A stretch of DNA of 64,000 nt from Calditrichota bacterium (lineage in GTDB: Bacteria > Calditrichota > Calditrichia > RBG-13-44-9 > J042), in assembly GCA_013150955.1 (NCBI GenBank), contig JAADJD010000015.1, positions 362 through 64,361 of the forward strand. Direction: 5' to 3'. Below, one piece after another: positions 9,656 through 18,600 of the stretch; the stretch's first letter is position 1, and each line of letters opens with the position of its first letter. Position numbers and translations under genes: made by a program. The notes beneath the pieces were generated by a model, which saw nothing but the letters and a program-made list of their open reading frames with translations, was not told the origin of the DNA and ran no database searches.

Positions 9656-10396
9656 ATGGCCGTGATTGAATTTCAACATGTGTCGCTATCGCTGCATAAC
9701 CGGGAAATCCTAAAGGATGTGTCCTTCCGGATTGAAAAAGGCGAATCGATTTTATTGGCCGGCAGCAGTGGGGCGGGAAAAAGCACCATTTTGAAGCTGG
9801 CACTGGGACTGATTAAACCGACTTCTGGCAGGATCTGGGTCTTTGGTCGGGAAATTACCCGGCTGTCCGAAAAGAAATTGATGAAATTGCGTCAATATTT
9901 TGGTACCGTGTTTCAGGGAGGCGCCCTGTTCGATTCGCTGACCGTGGAGCAGAATGTAGGCTTTTTCCTCCGCGAAAATCTGAACGTGGAGGAGACCGAG
10001 GTGCAGAATCGCGTGCGGCGTACGCTCCAGTTTCTGGGACTGGACAAATTCTTGACCTACCTGCCGTCTCAGTTAAGTGGGGGCATGCGCAAGCGGGTGG
10101 CCATTGCCCGGGCCATTGTCACCAATCCCCAGGCCCTGTTATATGATGAGCCCACTGCCGGGCTGGATCCCATCGCCGCCCGACGGGTGATCGATTTGAT
10201 TAAACATCTGCGGGAAAGCTTCCAGGTTACCTCCCTGATCGTCAGTCACGAAATTCATTATTTTCTGGACATTGTGGATCGGATGCTGATGTTGAAAGAC
10301 GGAAAAATTATTTACGACGGCGAGCCCAATCTGGACATCGTGGAATATTTCGACGAAGCCGACGGCATGGTCTCCATACAACATCTGGCGGGGTAA
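9656..10396 (+). CDS. mlaF: MlaF-type ABC transporter ATP-binding protein
   Basis: Walker A GSSGAGKST, ABC signature LSGGMRKR, Walker B LLYDEPTAGLD. Confidence 0.9.
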   Translation: MAVIEFQHVSLSLHNREILKDVSFRIEKGESILLAGSSGAGKSTILKLALGLIKPTSGRIWVFGREITRLSEKKLMKLRQYFGTVFQGGALFDSLTVEQNVGFFLRENLNVEETEVQNRVRRTLQFLGLDKFLTYLPSQLSGGMRKRVAIARAIVTNPQALLYDEPTAGLDPIAARRVIDLIKHLRESFQVTSLIVSHEIHYFLDIVDRMLMLKDGKIIYDGEPNLDIVEYFDEADGMVSIQHLAG

Positions 10397-10399
10397 ACC

Positions 10400-11362
10400 A
10401 TGGTCTCTTCCGATTCTGACCGACACATTCGGCTGGGTGTATTACTCATGATGGCGCTGGCCGTTTTTCTGGCCGGATTTATTTTTTACATGGTGGGCTC
10501 CACCCAGCGGTTGTTCGATCGCAAATATTCCATTTACATGTTTCAACCCAATGTGGAAGGGCTACTGCCCGGGGCGTTCGTTACCCTGGCGGGATTGAAA
10601 ATCGGTGTGGTGGGCAATCTGGAATTTGCCGAAGTGGACGGGCAGCAGGGCATTCGGATTGAGCTGAAAGTGGATCGGGATTTTCAGGATCGCATCACCC
10701 GATCGTCTGTGGCGCGAATTAAAACCATGGGGATTCTGGGCGACAAGTATGTGGACATTTCCCTGGGTTACCTGAACGATCCCCCACTGGCCGAGGGCGA
10801 TTTCATTCAATCGGTGCCCCAGCTGGATACCGATCGATTGCTGGCGAAGGCTGCCCGCATTGTGGACGAACTGGAGGCCACCTCCCGGAATATCAAAATC
10901 ATTGCCGGGAATCTGGCGCAGGGTTCCGGTGCACTGGGGAAATTGTTGATGGATCCCACCATGGAAAGGCGGTTATCGACCGTGGTGCAGCGGTTGAATC
11001 TCCTGGCCGGTCAATTGGTGAGCGGAAAAGGCAACCTGGGCAAACTGGTGACCGATACCACTCTCTTTCGTACGCTTTCCAGGAGCTCCCGGTTGCTGGA
11101 AAAGATCCTGGCCGATCTTCAGGCCGGAAAGGGAACCGCCGGGAAGTTGCTGAAAGACGATGCCTTCTTTGCCCGGATCGATTCCATTTCCCGAAGAACG
11201 GATTCCCTTTTGATTCGTCTGCAGGGAGATGGCACGGCGGGACGATTGCTGAAGGACAGGGCTCTGTACGAACAGCTGGTCCAGCTAACCCGATCGCTGG
11301 ATGCGCTGGTGAAGGACATGAAAGCCAATCCCGGAAAGTATGTCACCTTCGAACTGTTTTAA
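10400..11362 (+). CDS. mlaD: MlaD/MCE-domain protein
   Basis: 320-aa ORF with an N-terminal TM helix, then an MCE-like domain and repeated coiled segments (GKGNLGKL/GKGTAGKLL). Third gene of the mla-type operon. Confidence 0.8.
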   Translation: MVSSDSDRHIRLGVLLMMALAVFLAGFIFYMVGSTQRLFDRKYSIYMFQPNVEGLLPGAFVTLAGLKIGVVGNLEFAEVDGQQGIRIELKVDRDFQDRITRSSVARIKTMGILGDKYVDISLGYLNDPPLAEGDFIQSVPQLDTDRLLAKAARIVDELEATSRNIKIIAGNLAQGSGALGKLLMDPTMERRLSTVVQRLNLLAGQLVSGKGNLGKLVTDTTLFRTLSRSSRLLEKILADLQAGKGTAGKLLKDDAFFARIDSISRRTDSLLIRLQGDGTAGRLLKDRALYEQLVQLTRSLDALVKDMKANPGKYVTFELF

Positions 11363-11583
11363 ACCCGGATTCTGTATAAGACCACGAATTGCACGAATTA
11401 ACACGAATAAAATCAATAAAATACGTTGGAATATATCTGGATGAAAATTCGTTTCGAGGTTTATTTGCGATTTTATTGATATGTTTTGGTTTCATTCGCG
11501 TGATTCGTGGTTTAACGAATTGTTTGGGTTAATATTTTTAGGATTCATTCGCATGATTCGTGGTTTGATGCATTATCTGGGTT
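11361..11583 (+). repeat. MITE-like element, locus 4 (full copy plus extra right arm)
   Basis: Begins inside the mlaD TAA stop (TTTTAAACCCGG). Three CACGAAT repeats in the left arm. Right arms end at 11530 and 11583. Confidence 0.9.
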
Positions 11584-11704
11584 AAACCCCATGCCCGGAT
11601 GGGATTGGCTTTACCGAATCCAGCCCGACTGATAAAACACTTGCCAAATCCCGTTTCCAAAAATATATTGCAAAATTGAGATACAGGAAAATTTGGAGAC
11701 GAAC

Positions 11705-12733
11705 ATGAATCGTTCCATTCTGGTTACCGGCGGAGCCGGCTTTATCGGCAGCAACTTTGTGCGCTACATGGTGAACAAATATCCCAATTACCGGATCATT
11801 GTACTGGATGCCCTCACCTATGCGGGGAATCGGGAGAATCTGGCCGATCTGGAAGGCCGATTGAATTATCTATTTTACCACGGCAATATCTGTGATTCCA
11901 GAGTGGTGGACAATCTGGTTAGCAATGTGGATACCATCATCAATTTTGCGGCGGAAACTCACGTGGATCGATCGATTCTGGAAGCCGGTTCGTTCATCCA
12001 GACCGATGTGGTGGGAACGTTCACCCTGCTGGAGGCGGCCAAAAAGTACAAAATTCAACGATACATTCAAATTTCCACGGACGAGGTGTACGGCTCCATC
12101 GAGGAGGGAAGTTTCACCGAGGAAAGCAATCTGCAACCCAACAGCCCCTATTCTGCCAGCAAGGCCAGTGGCGATTTGCTGGTGCGATCCTATTTTAAAA
12201 CCTACGGGCTGCCGACCATTATCACCCGCAGCTCCAACAATTTTGGCCCGTATCAATATCCCGAGAAACTCATTCCGCTATTTATCACCAACGCGCTGGA
12301 TGACCTGCCCCTGCCGCTGTATGGGGATGGACGGAATGTTCGGGACTGGATTTACGTGCTGGACAATTGCGAGGCCATCGATGTGGTGCTGCACCATGGG
12401 GAACCGGGGGAAGTGTACAACATTGGGGCTGGCAACGAACTGGAAAACATTCAGATTACCGAAATGATTCTGGATAAGCTGAAGAAGCCGCGCTCGCTCA
12501 TCAAGCCGGTGCCGGATCGCCCGGGACACGATCGCCGTTATTCGCTGAACTGCGACAAAATCCGGGCACTGGGCTGGGAACCCCGCCACCCGTTCGAAGA
12601 AGCCCTGGATGCCACCATCCGCTGGTACGTGGAGAATGAAGCCTGGTGGCGGCGCATCAAAGAAAAGCAGGAAGAATTCAAGCGATATTATCAACAGCAG
12701 TACCGTACCTTGCAGGAAGACACATCCTCCTGA
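11705..12733 (+). CDS. rfbB: dTDP-glucose 4,6-dehydratase
   Basis: GGAGFIGSNF Rossmann motif, YSASKA catalytic motif, strongly RfbB-like throughout. ATG 11705 preferred over the upstream TTG of the ORF track. Confidence 0.9.
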   Translation: MNRSILVTGGAGFIGSNFVRYMVNKYPNYRIIVLDALTYAGNRENLADLEGRLNYLFYHGNICDSRVVDNLVSNVDTIINFAAETHVDRSILEAGSFIQTDVVGTFTLLEAAKKYKIQRYIQISTDEVYGSIEEGSFTEESNLQPNSPYSASKASGDLLVRSYFKTYGLPTIITRSSNNFGPYQYPEKLIPLFITNALDDLPLPLYGDGRNVRDWIYVLDNCEAIDVVLHHGEPGEVYNIGAGNELENIQITEMILDKLKKPRSLIKPVPDRPGHDRRYSLNCDKIRALGWEPRHPFEEALDATIRWYVENEAWWRRIKEKQEEFKRYYQQQYRTLQEDTSS

Positions 12734-12793
12734 CAATTTCAATCCGGGCAGGGAGGGATTGGCGACCACAGTTCAAAGGAACACGGTTTATGC

Positions 12794-14104
12794 ATGGAAA
12801 TTAAATTTTGTTACAGGCATCCAGAAAATATTGCCCGGGGACGCTGCTATTACTGTAAACGAAACATTTGTAGTGATTGCCGCCAGTTAATTGCCCACCA
12901 TTATTTTTGCAGCCGAATCTGCTATTACCGTTATCTCCAACAAATGTTGTGGAAGCGATTGCGCAAACACCAGGTACTGGTGCTGGTGGTCTGGAATGCG
13001 GTGCTTACTGTATTGCTGGTGTTGTACATGCTGTTCCATGATGGGGAGGGATCCGGTCATCGGGAAACATTCCCTCTGGCGATTGACTCGGTGGAGACGC
13101 GAACCGCTTCCTGGTCGAAGGCAACCGGTCGCTACCTGTCTCTCATGGCGCAGAATCCCCAGATGCATCGGGAGGTGGTTAACGATCGGGTGTACGAACT
13201 GAAAGTCCCCTTAAAGCGCGGCTGGGTGGTGACCATATGGCATAACGATTGGCCGGTGATTACCCAGATTGCCCCGGCTTCCATGACCTACGTGTTCCCG
13301 ATTTCCCTGTGGTACGGGAAGAATCGCCAGCGGGTGGTGGTATTGAACGAGCAGCAGGCACTGGTGTACGATTACATGTTTGAGCTGGACTATCGGAGCG
13401 ATCTGGTAGAACAGCTGAGCACCACCATCGATCGCGGCGATGTCCAGAAGCCCCTTATAGCGCTAACCTTTGATGGCGGTTCCACCGCGGAAAATGCGGA
13501 GCAGATATTGGCCATTCTACGGGAACAGCAGGTACAGTGCACCATTTTCCTGACGGGTCAGTTCATGGAACGGTATCCGCATCTGGTAAAACAGATGGTT
13601 GCCGATGGGCACGAGGTGGCCAATCACACCTATTCCCACCCGCATCTTACCACTTTCGAAACCAATCGGCGGCACGACACCCGTCCCGGTGTGGATCGGC
13701 GGTTTGTTCACCGACAACTGTTGCGAACGGATAGCCTGTTTTTTCAGATCACCGGACAACACCTGGCCCCTTACTGGCGAGCCCCCTATGGCGAATACAA
13801 TCGGGAGATTCTCCGCTGGGCGGCGGAAGCCGGTTTTCTGCATGTGCGCTGGACGAATGGCTTCGATACGTTCGACTGGGTCAGCGATACCCTCTCGCCG
13901 CTTTACAAAGAACCCGAAGAGGTTCTGAACACCATTCTCTCCCGGGACAAATCCCGCTTTCGGTTGAATGGCGCCATCATCCTGATGCATCTGGGGAGCC
14001 GCCGGGTGCAGTCCCACATCTATTCCATTCTCCCCTCGCTGATTGATTCGCTGCGGTCACGCGGATATCAACCGGTACCCATCAGTAAATTATTACAGCC
14101 GTGA
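12794..14104 (+). CDS. Polysaccharide deacetylase (NodB homology domain) with N-terminal Cys-rich zinc-finger-like module and TM helix
   Basis: CYRHPENIARGRCYYCKRNICSDC..HHYFC Cys/His cluster. TM segment VLVLVVWNAVLTVLLVLYMLF. NodB motifs LTFDGG, ANHTYSHPHL, LMH. Confidence 0.8.
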   Translation: MEIKFCYRHPENIARGRCYYCKRNICSDCRQLIAHHYFCSRICYYRYLQQMLWKRLRKHQVLVLVVWNAVLTVLLVLYMLFHDGEGSGHRETFPLAIDSVETRTASWSKATGRYLSLMAQNPQMHREVVNDRVYELKVPLKRGWVVTIWHNDWPVITQIAPASMTYVFPISLWYGKNRQRVVVLNEQQALVYDYMFELDYRSDLVEQLSTTIDRGDVQKPLIALTFDGGSTAENAEQILAILREQQVQCTIFLTGQFMERYPHLVKQMVADGHEVANHTYSHPHLTTFETNRRHDTRPGVDRRFVHRQLLRTDSLFFQITGQHLAPYWRAPYGEYNREILRWAAEAGFLHVRWTNGFDTFDWVSDTLSPLYKEPEEVLNTILSRDKSRFRLNGAIILMHLGSRRVQSHIYSILPSLIDSLRSRGYQPVPISKLLQP

Positions 14105-14203
14105 ACAAAATCGGCGCTTTGTTATATAATAAATTGAAGAAATTTTTAGTTTTTCGTATATTTACCGGGCTGTGGGGACGAATGAACTGAGTTTAACTAT
14201 ATA

Positions 14204-17200
14204 ATGAAACAACGATTCCTTTTTCTCAGATATTTACTGGTCATTGCCTTTACCGCCATCATATCTCTGGTGGCGATTTGGCATTTCACGCCGCTGAAAA
14301 GCAAGGTACGGGCACAGATCGTTCAGGAACTGGAGTATTTAACCGGTAACGAGGTTTTCCTGCACGATTTTACCCTCACTCCGTTTAGCGTATTTTTTCA
14401 TCACATCGAGATTGCTCCCCCGGGTCGCCGGATCGTCCTTCAGCTGGAAGGGATTCGGATAGAATACAGCTGGTTTAAGCTGCTACAGCATCGGTTGAAT
14501 CCCATATTTGCTGTGGAACGTATCGTATTGATGGAACCGCGGGTGATTTTGCAAACCCGGTCAGATGCACCGGCAGATAGCACCCCGGGCTGGAATGCCC
14601 ACAGCCTGCAACGGGTGCTGTATGAATTGCAGAAATTACCTCAAATCGATCGCATCGAAATTGAAAACGGCGCCTTTTTCTGGAAACCGGGAAGTGGCAA
14701 ACCTCAGGTGGTGTTGAGCGCTGTTCAGGGATTTTTACGGAACCAGGCGGAAAATCGGCTGCAGATTCAGGCCACCGGGAGCCTGAGAGAATGGAAAACT
14801 TCCTCGATTGCCCTGCAGGCCATTCTGGATTTCGATACCCACCGCCTGGACATGACCCTGGCGTTTGACAGTTGTCAAGTGGGCAATGGGTTGCCGGCAT
14901 TATCTCACCGCTTTTACAAACTGGAACGGGCGGTGATCGATGGCCGGCTGCGGCTTCAGATGCCGGAATTCCATCCCGACAGTTTGCAAATAGCCGGAAC
15001 GTTGCTGGCAACCGGTGTGTCTGGAAAAATTTTTAATCAGCAGGTTCAGGCGGAGGCCATTCAACTTCAGTTTTCCAGACGGGATGTAACCATTTTGCCC
15101 TTCGAGGGACGGGTAGAGGATGGCCTGGCGTACTTTCAGGGAAAGATCTTTGATCTGTACCACCCCCGGATCGATTGGTCGCTGGAAATTCAGGACTATT
15201 CCGCAAAGTACCTGCAGAAGTCCCACGAGGTGTTTGAATACGTGCTGGATGGAAAAGTGCGGGGACATGCCCGGTTTACCGGCCCGCTGTTGAATATGAA
15301 AATCGAGGCCGATCTGAAGGCCCCCACCCTGCAATATGCGGTGGTTCCGTTCATCAATACGCGGGCGCGATTGGTTTACCAGGACCGGATCCTGCGCCTG
15401 GAATACTACCGTGCCGATTTCATGAAGTTTGTGACCACCGGTACCGGCGTGGTGGATTTCAATACCGATCGGTTACGGCTGAACATGCGCTCCGAGATCC
15501 GGGTGCCCGAAGAGACCTTCAGCTTCCTGGATCGCCTGAATCGCGCTCGCGTCGGGGTGTTAACCCGGATGAGCGGCGATTTTATTCGCAGGGTCTTTAC
15601 CGGCCAGTTTCAATATTATATTGAAGATGATCAGGAAGTGCTGATTCGTGGGCAGGGCCCCCTCCGGTTGGTGGATCAGTTCCTGACGTTTTCTCTGGTT
15701 TCCGATGGTTTAGCGGACACCATTCACGTGGTGGGGCGAGTCGCCAATGTGTTTTCGGATCCCACATTTAAAATACTGGACATTCGCAACTTCCCCGTCG
15801 AACGCTTGACCACCCTGCCGGTGTTTAAAAACATCGCCCGGGACTACCGGGTCAATGCCTATTTTGCCGGGCCATACGATTTTCTGGCCACCAAGGTGAT
15901 TGTGGTGTCCCGTTATGCCAGGGATCATGTGTTTACCTTTCAGGGGAACCTGAAGAATGTATTCATGGATTATCAAAAGTTTTTTGGGCGATTTCAGGCG
16001 CAAACGGCACCGCTTCGGTTGCGGGGGGATATCGTTGTCAACATCACGCCAGAAGGGATTCTGGCCCGGTTGCAATCGCCCAACCTGGTGGGTGGCCAGA
16101 TTCACATCGGCTCTGGCCCCAACGGCCGCTTTGAAGGACGCATTGCCATCCAGAAGTTCCGGGTGCAGGACTACATTTCCCATTCCTCTGCGTTATCCCG
16201 GATCCTGCAGCAGGGGACATTTCAGGGGGAAATCCTTTTTTCGGGTACGGTATCCCAGCCCCACGTTCAGTTCCGTGCAGAGGCGGATGAGTTTATCATC
16301 AACAACGTGGGGTATTACTCCACCCGAATAGAAGGCGAACTGCGGAATCATCGCTGGGTTTCCGATGAGTTTGTCATCAATCTCAACAATCTGCCGGTAT
16401 GCATTGCCCGCGGTAGCTGGGATCTGTATTCCGATTCGCTGGATATTGAAATTCGCGGGGAAAACATCGAAAGCAACTTTTTAGCAGAAACCCTGCTGCG
16501 AGACAAAGAGCTGATTCAGGGGACGTTTTCGTACGGATTCCGCATTTCGGGCACTTTTGCGCGGCCATCTATCGAAGGGGATGTGCTGATCCGCAACGGA
16601 TATTTTGAAAACAATCCATTTGACCTGATCAACATTTCATTTCGGGATAGCCTGCCACCGGGTGTAAGCCTGTGGACTCCGGCGGAGCACATTTTACAAA
16701 TCCGTAAATTCCTGTATGTGAATCGCCAGGAATATACCATCGAGGCGGAAGGTATCCTGGGAATTGCCGAGGAAGCCCCACTGGACATCCGCATCGACGT
16801 TACGGGGAACGTGCTGTCCGAGCTGCCCCGAATTCAACCCTTTTTCCGCAGTCCCCGCTCCAATGGGCACCTGTACCTGCACATTACGGGGTCGCGGGCT
16901 CAGCCCCAGCTGGCCGAGGCCGCTTTAAAGATTACCAGTGGTTCCCTGTCCTTTGAATCGGTGCTTCCCCCTCTGCATAATTTAAAGGCCGATATTGTAC
17001 TGGACGGGGAGACTCAGCAGGTACACATTCGCCAGCTGGAAGGCACGTTCAATGGACGAAAGGCGCTGGTGTACAACGTGTTTGAGTCGCCCATTGCTTC
17101 CCGGGATTTACAACCCTGGTACTTTGAGGAATTTAACCTGAATTTTGGCATTCTGGTGTTGAAAACGGATCCCCGTGGCATTCCGCTGTCCATACCGGGC

Positions 17201-18358
17201 ATGATGATGCCGGGCGACATTGGCTATTTTGCGGTGGATGGCAAGGTGCCGGGTGAAGATTTCTATTTTGCGGGGCCGGTAACGGCACCGGTGGTGCGGG
17301 GCAAGGTGATCCTCTACAATGCCCGGGTCACGTTTCCCTTCCTGGAAGAGGATGTGGAAGAGGAACCCGGCAAGGTGGTCGAATTCATGCGGAACATCGA
17401 ATGGGATTTGCTGGCGGTTTCCGGTCGGGGCAATCGCTACTTTGTGGACATCCCCGCTTACGTCGGGCAGGTGTATCTGGATCTGAACATCGACAACAAC
17501 TCCCCCGGCCTGGAATTTACTGGCCGCCTGATCGATGACTCTTTCCGGGTCGAAGGAATGGTGGAATCGTCCCGGGGACAGGTGGAATACTTGGACATCA
17601 ACTTCCGGGTGGAAAAATTTGGAGCGGAATTCAATCGGTTCGAGCTGTATCCGCATGTCTACGGTCGCGCTTACACCACCGTGCGGGATTCGACCGGTTT
17701 TCCGCGGGATATCTACCTGGTGCTTTACGCCATCGATCCAGAAACCGGGCAGGAAGTGGCTAAAGGTAGCTGGGAGACATTCCGGTTTAAACTGGTTTCC
17801 AGCGACCCGGTGGTTGGCGAAACGCAGGAGCAGGTGCTGGCTTATCTGGGGTACAGTGTCCAGAACATTCAGCGCAAGGCCAGTAAGGTGGGCTTTACCA
17901 TCACCGAAAACTTCCTGATTCGTCCCCTGGTGCGTCCGCTGGAACGCCGGCTGGAACGGGGACTGCATCTGGATTACGTGCGTTTCAGCTCCAAATTTAC
18001 CACCAACCTGTTTTACCTGAGTCTGGGTTCGCAGGCAAAATTATTCCAGCAACCATCCATTGCCAATCCCGGTTTAAATCAACGCCTGGATCCCATGTTG
18101 CTGTTGCTGCAGAGCTCCGAGGTGACCCTGGGGAAGTACCTGGCCCGAAATCTTTACCTAACCTACTCCGGGCAGCTGGTTTCCCTTTACGATGAAGCCA
18201 AAATCGGATTTAACCACCGCTTTGGGCTGGAGTATCGGCTGTTGCGAAATCTGCTGCTGGAGATCGAGTACGATCGATATCAATTTAACCCGGTGTATTA
18301 TTCACGGGAAGCGTTGCGCGATTTCCGGATCCGCCTGCGCCATTCGTTTAATTTTTAA
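14204..18358 (+). CDS. tamB: TamB/AsmA-like translocation and assembly module protein
   Basis: 1384-aa ORF with an N-terminal anchor and a long beta-rich body. C-terminal DUF490-like end (..LEYRL..LLLEIEYD..). Located immediately upstream of bamA. Confidence 0.75.
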   Translation: MKQRFLFLRYLLVIAFTAIISLVAIWHFTPLKSKVRAQIVQELEYLTGNEVFLHDFTLTPFSVFFHHIEIAPPGRRIVLQLEGIRIEYSWFKLLQHRLNPIFAVERIVLMEPRVILQTRSDAPADSTPGWNAHSLQRVLYELQKLPQIDRIEIENGAFFWKPGSGKPQVVLSAVQGFLRNQAENRLQIQATGSLREWKTSSIALQAILDFDTHRLDMTLAFDSCQVGNGLPALSHRFYKLERAVIDGRLRLQMPEFHPDSLQIAGTLLATGVSGKIFNQQVQAEAIQLQFSRRDVTILPFEGRVEDGLAYFQGKIFDLYHPRIDWSLEIQDYSAKYLQKSHEVFEYVLDGKVRGHARFTGPLLNMKIEADLKAPTLQYAVVPFINTRARLVYQDRILRLEYYRADFMKFVTTGTGVVDFNTDRLRLNMRSEIRVPEETFSFLDRLNRARVGVLTRMSGDFIRRVFTGQFQYYIEDDQEVLIRGQGPLRLVDQFLTFSLVSDGLADTIHVVGRVANVFSDPTFKILDIRNFPVERLTTLPVFKNIARDYRVNAYFAGPYDFLATKVIVVSRYARDHVFTFQGNLKNVFMDYQKFFGRFQAQTAPLRLRGDIVVNITPEGILARLQSPNLVGGQIHIGSGPNGRFEGRIAIQKFRVQDYISHSSALSRILQQGTFQGEILFSGTVSQPHVQFRAEADEFIINNVGYYSTRIEGELRNHRWVSDEFVINLNNLPVCIARGSWDLYSDSLDIEIRGENIESNFLAETLLRDKELIQGTFSYGFRISGTFARPSIEGDVLIRNGYFENNPFDLINISFRDSLPPGVSLWTPAEHILQIRKFLYVNRQEYTIEAEGILGIAEEAPLDIRIDVTGNVLSELPRIQPFFRSPRSNGHLYLHITGSRAQPQLAEAALKITSGSLSFESVLPPLHNLKADIVLDGETQQVHIRQLEGTFNGRKALVYNVFESPIASRDLQPWYFEEFNLNFGILVLKTDPRGIPLSIPGMMMPGDIGYFAVDGKVPGEDFYFAGPVTAPVVRGKVILYNARVTFPFLEEDVEEEPGKVVEFMRNIEWDLLAVSGRGNRYFVDIPAYVGQVYLDLNIDNNSPGLEFTGRLIDDSFRVEGMVESSRGQVEYLDINFRVEKFGAEFNRFELYPHVYGRAYTTVRDSTGFPRDIYLVLYAIDPETGQEVAKGSWETFRFKLVSSDPVVGETQEQVLAYLGYSVQNIQRKASKVGFTITENFLIRPLVRPLERRLERGLHLDYVRFSSKFTTNLFYLSLGSQAKLFQQPSIANPGLNQRLDPMLLLLQSSEVTLGKYLARNLYLTYSGQLVSLYDEAKIGFNHRFGLEYRLLRNLLLEIEYDRYQFNPVYYSREALRDFRIRLRHSFNF

Positions 18359-18600
18359 ATTGCAAAATTCCTGAATTAAATTTAACTTTTTTGTTTTGAA
18401 GTAACAAAGTACTGGCATTATAAATATCGCGATGCATTAACGGTTGGAAGAATCATCCCTTTCTCCCTGGCCCCGACCGCGCCAGGGATCATCCGCATCG
18501 GAAAAAAGGATTGGGATTTTCTGAAACTTTTCCGGGATATTCAGGTTATTTGTAGGTAAATTTTGGGAATCACATAACGTGAGGAAGGGTAAATGAAACG

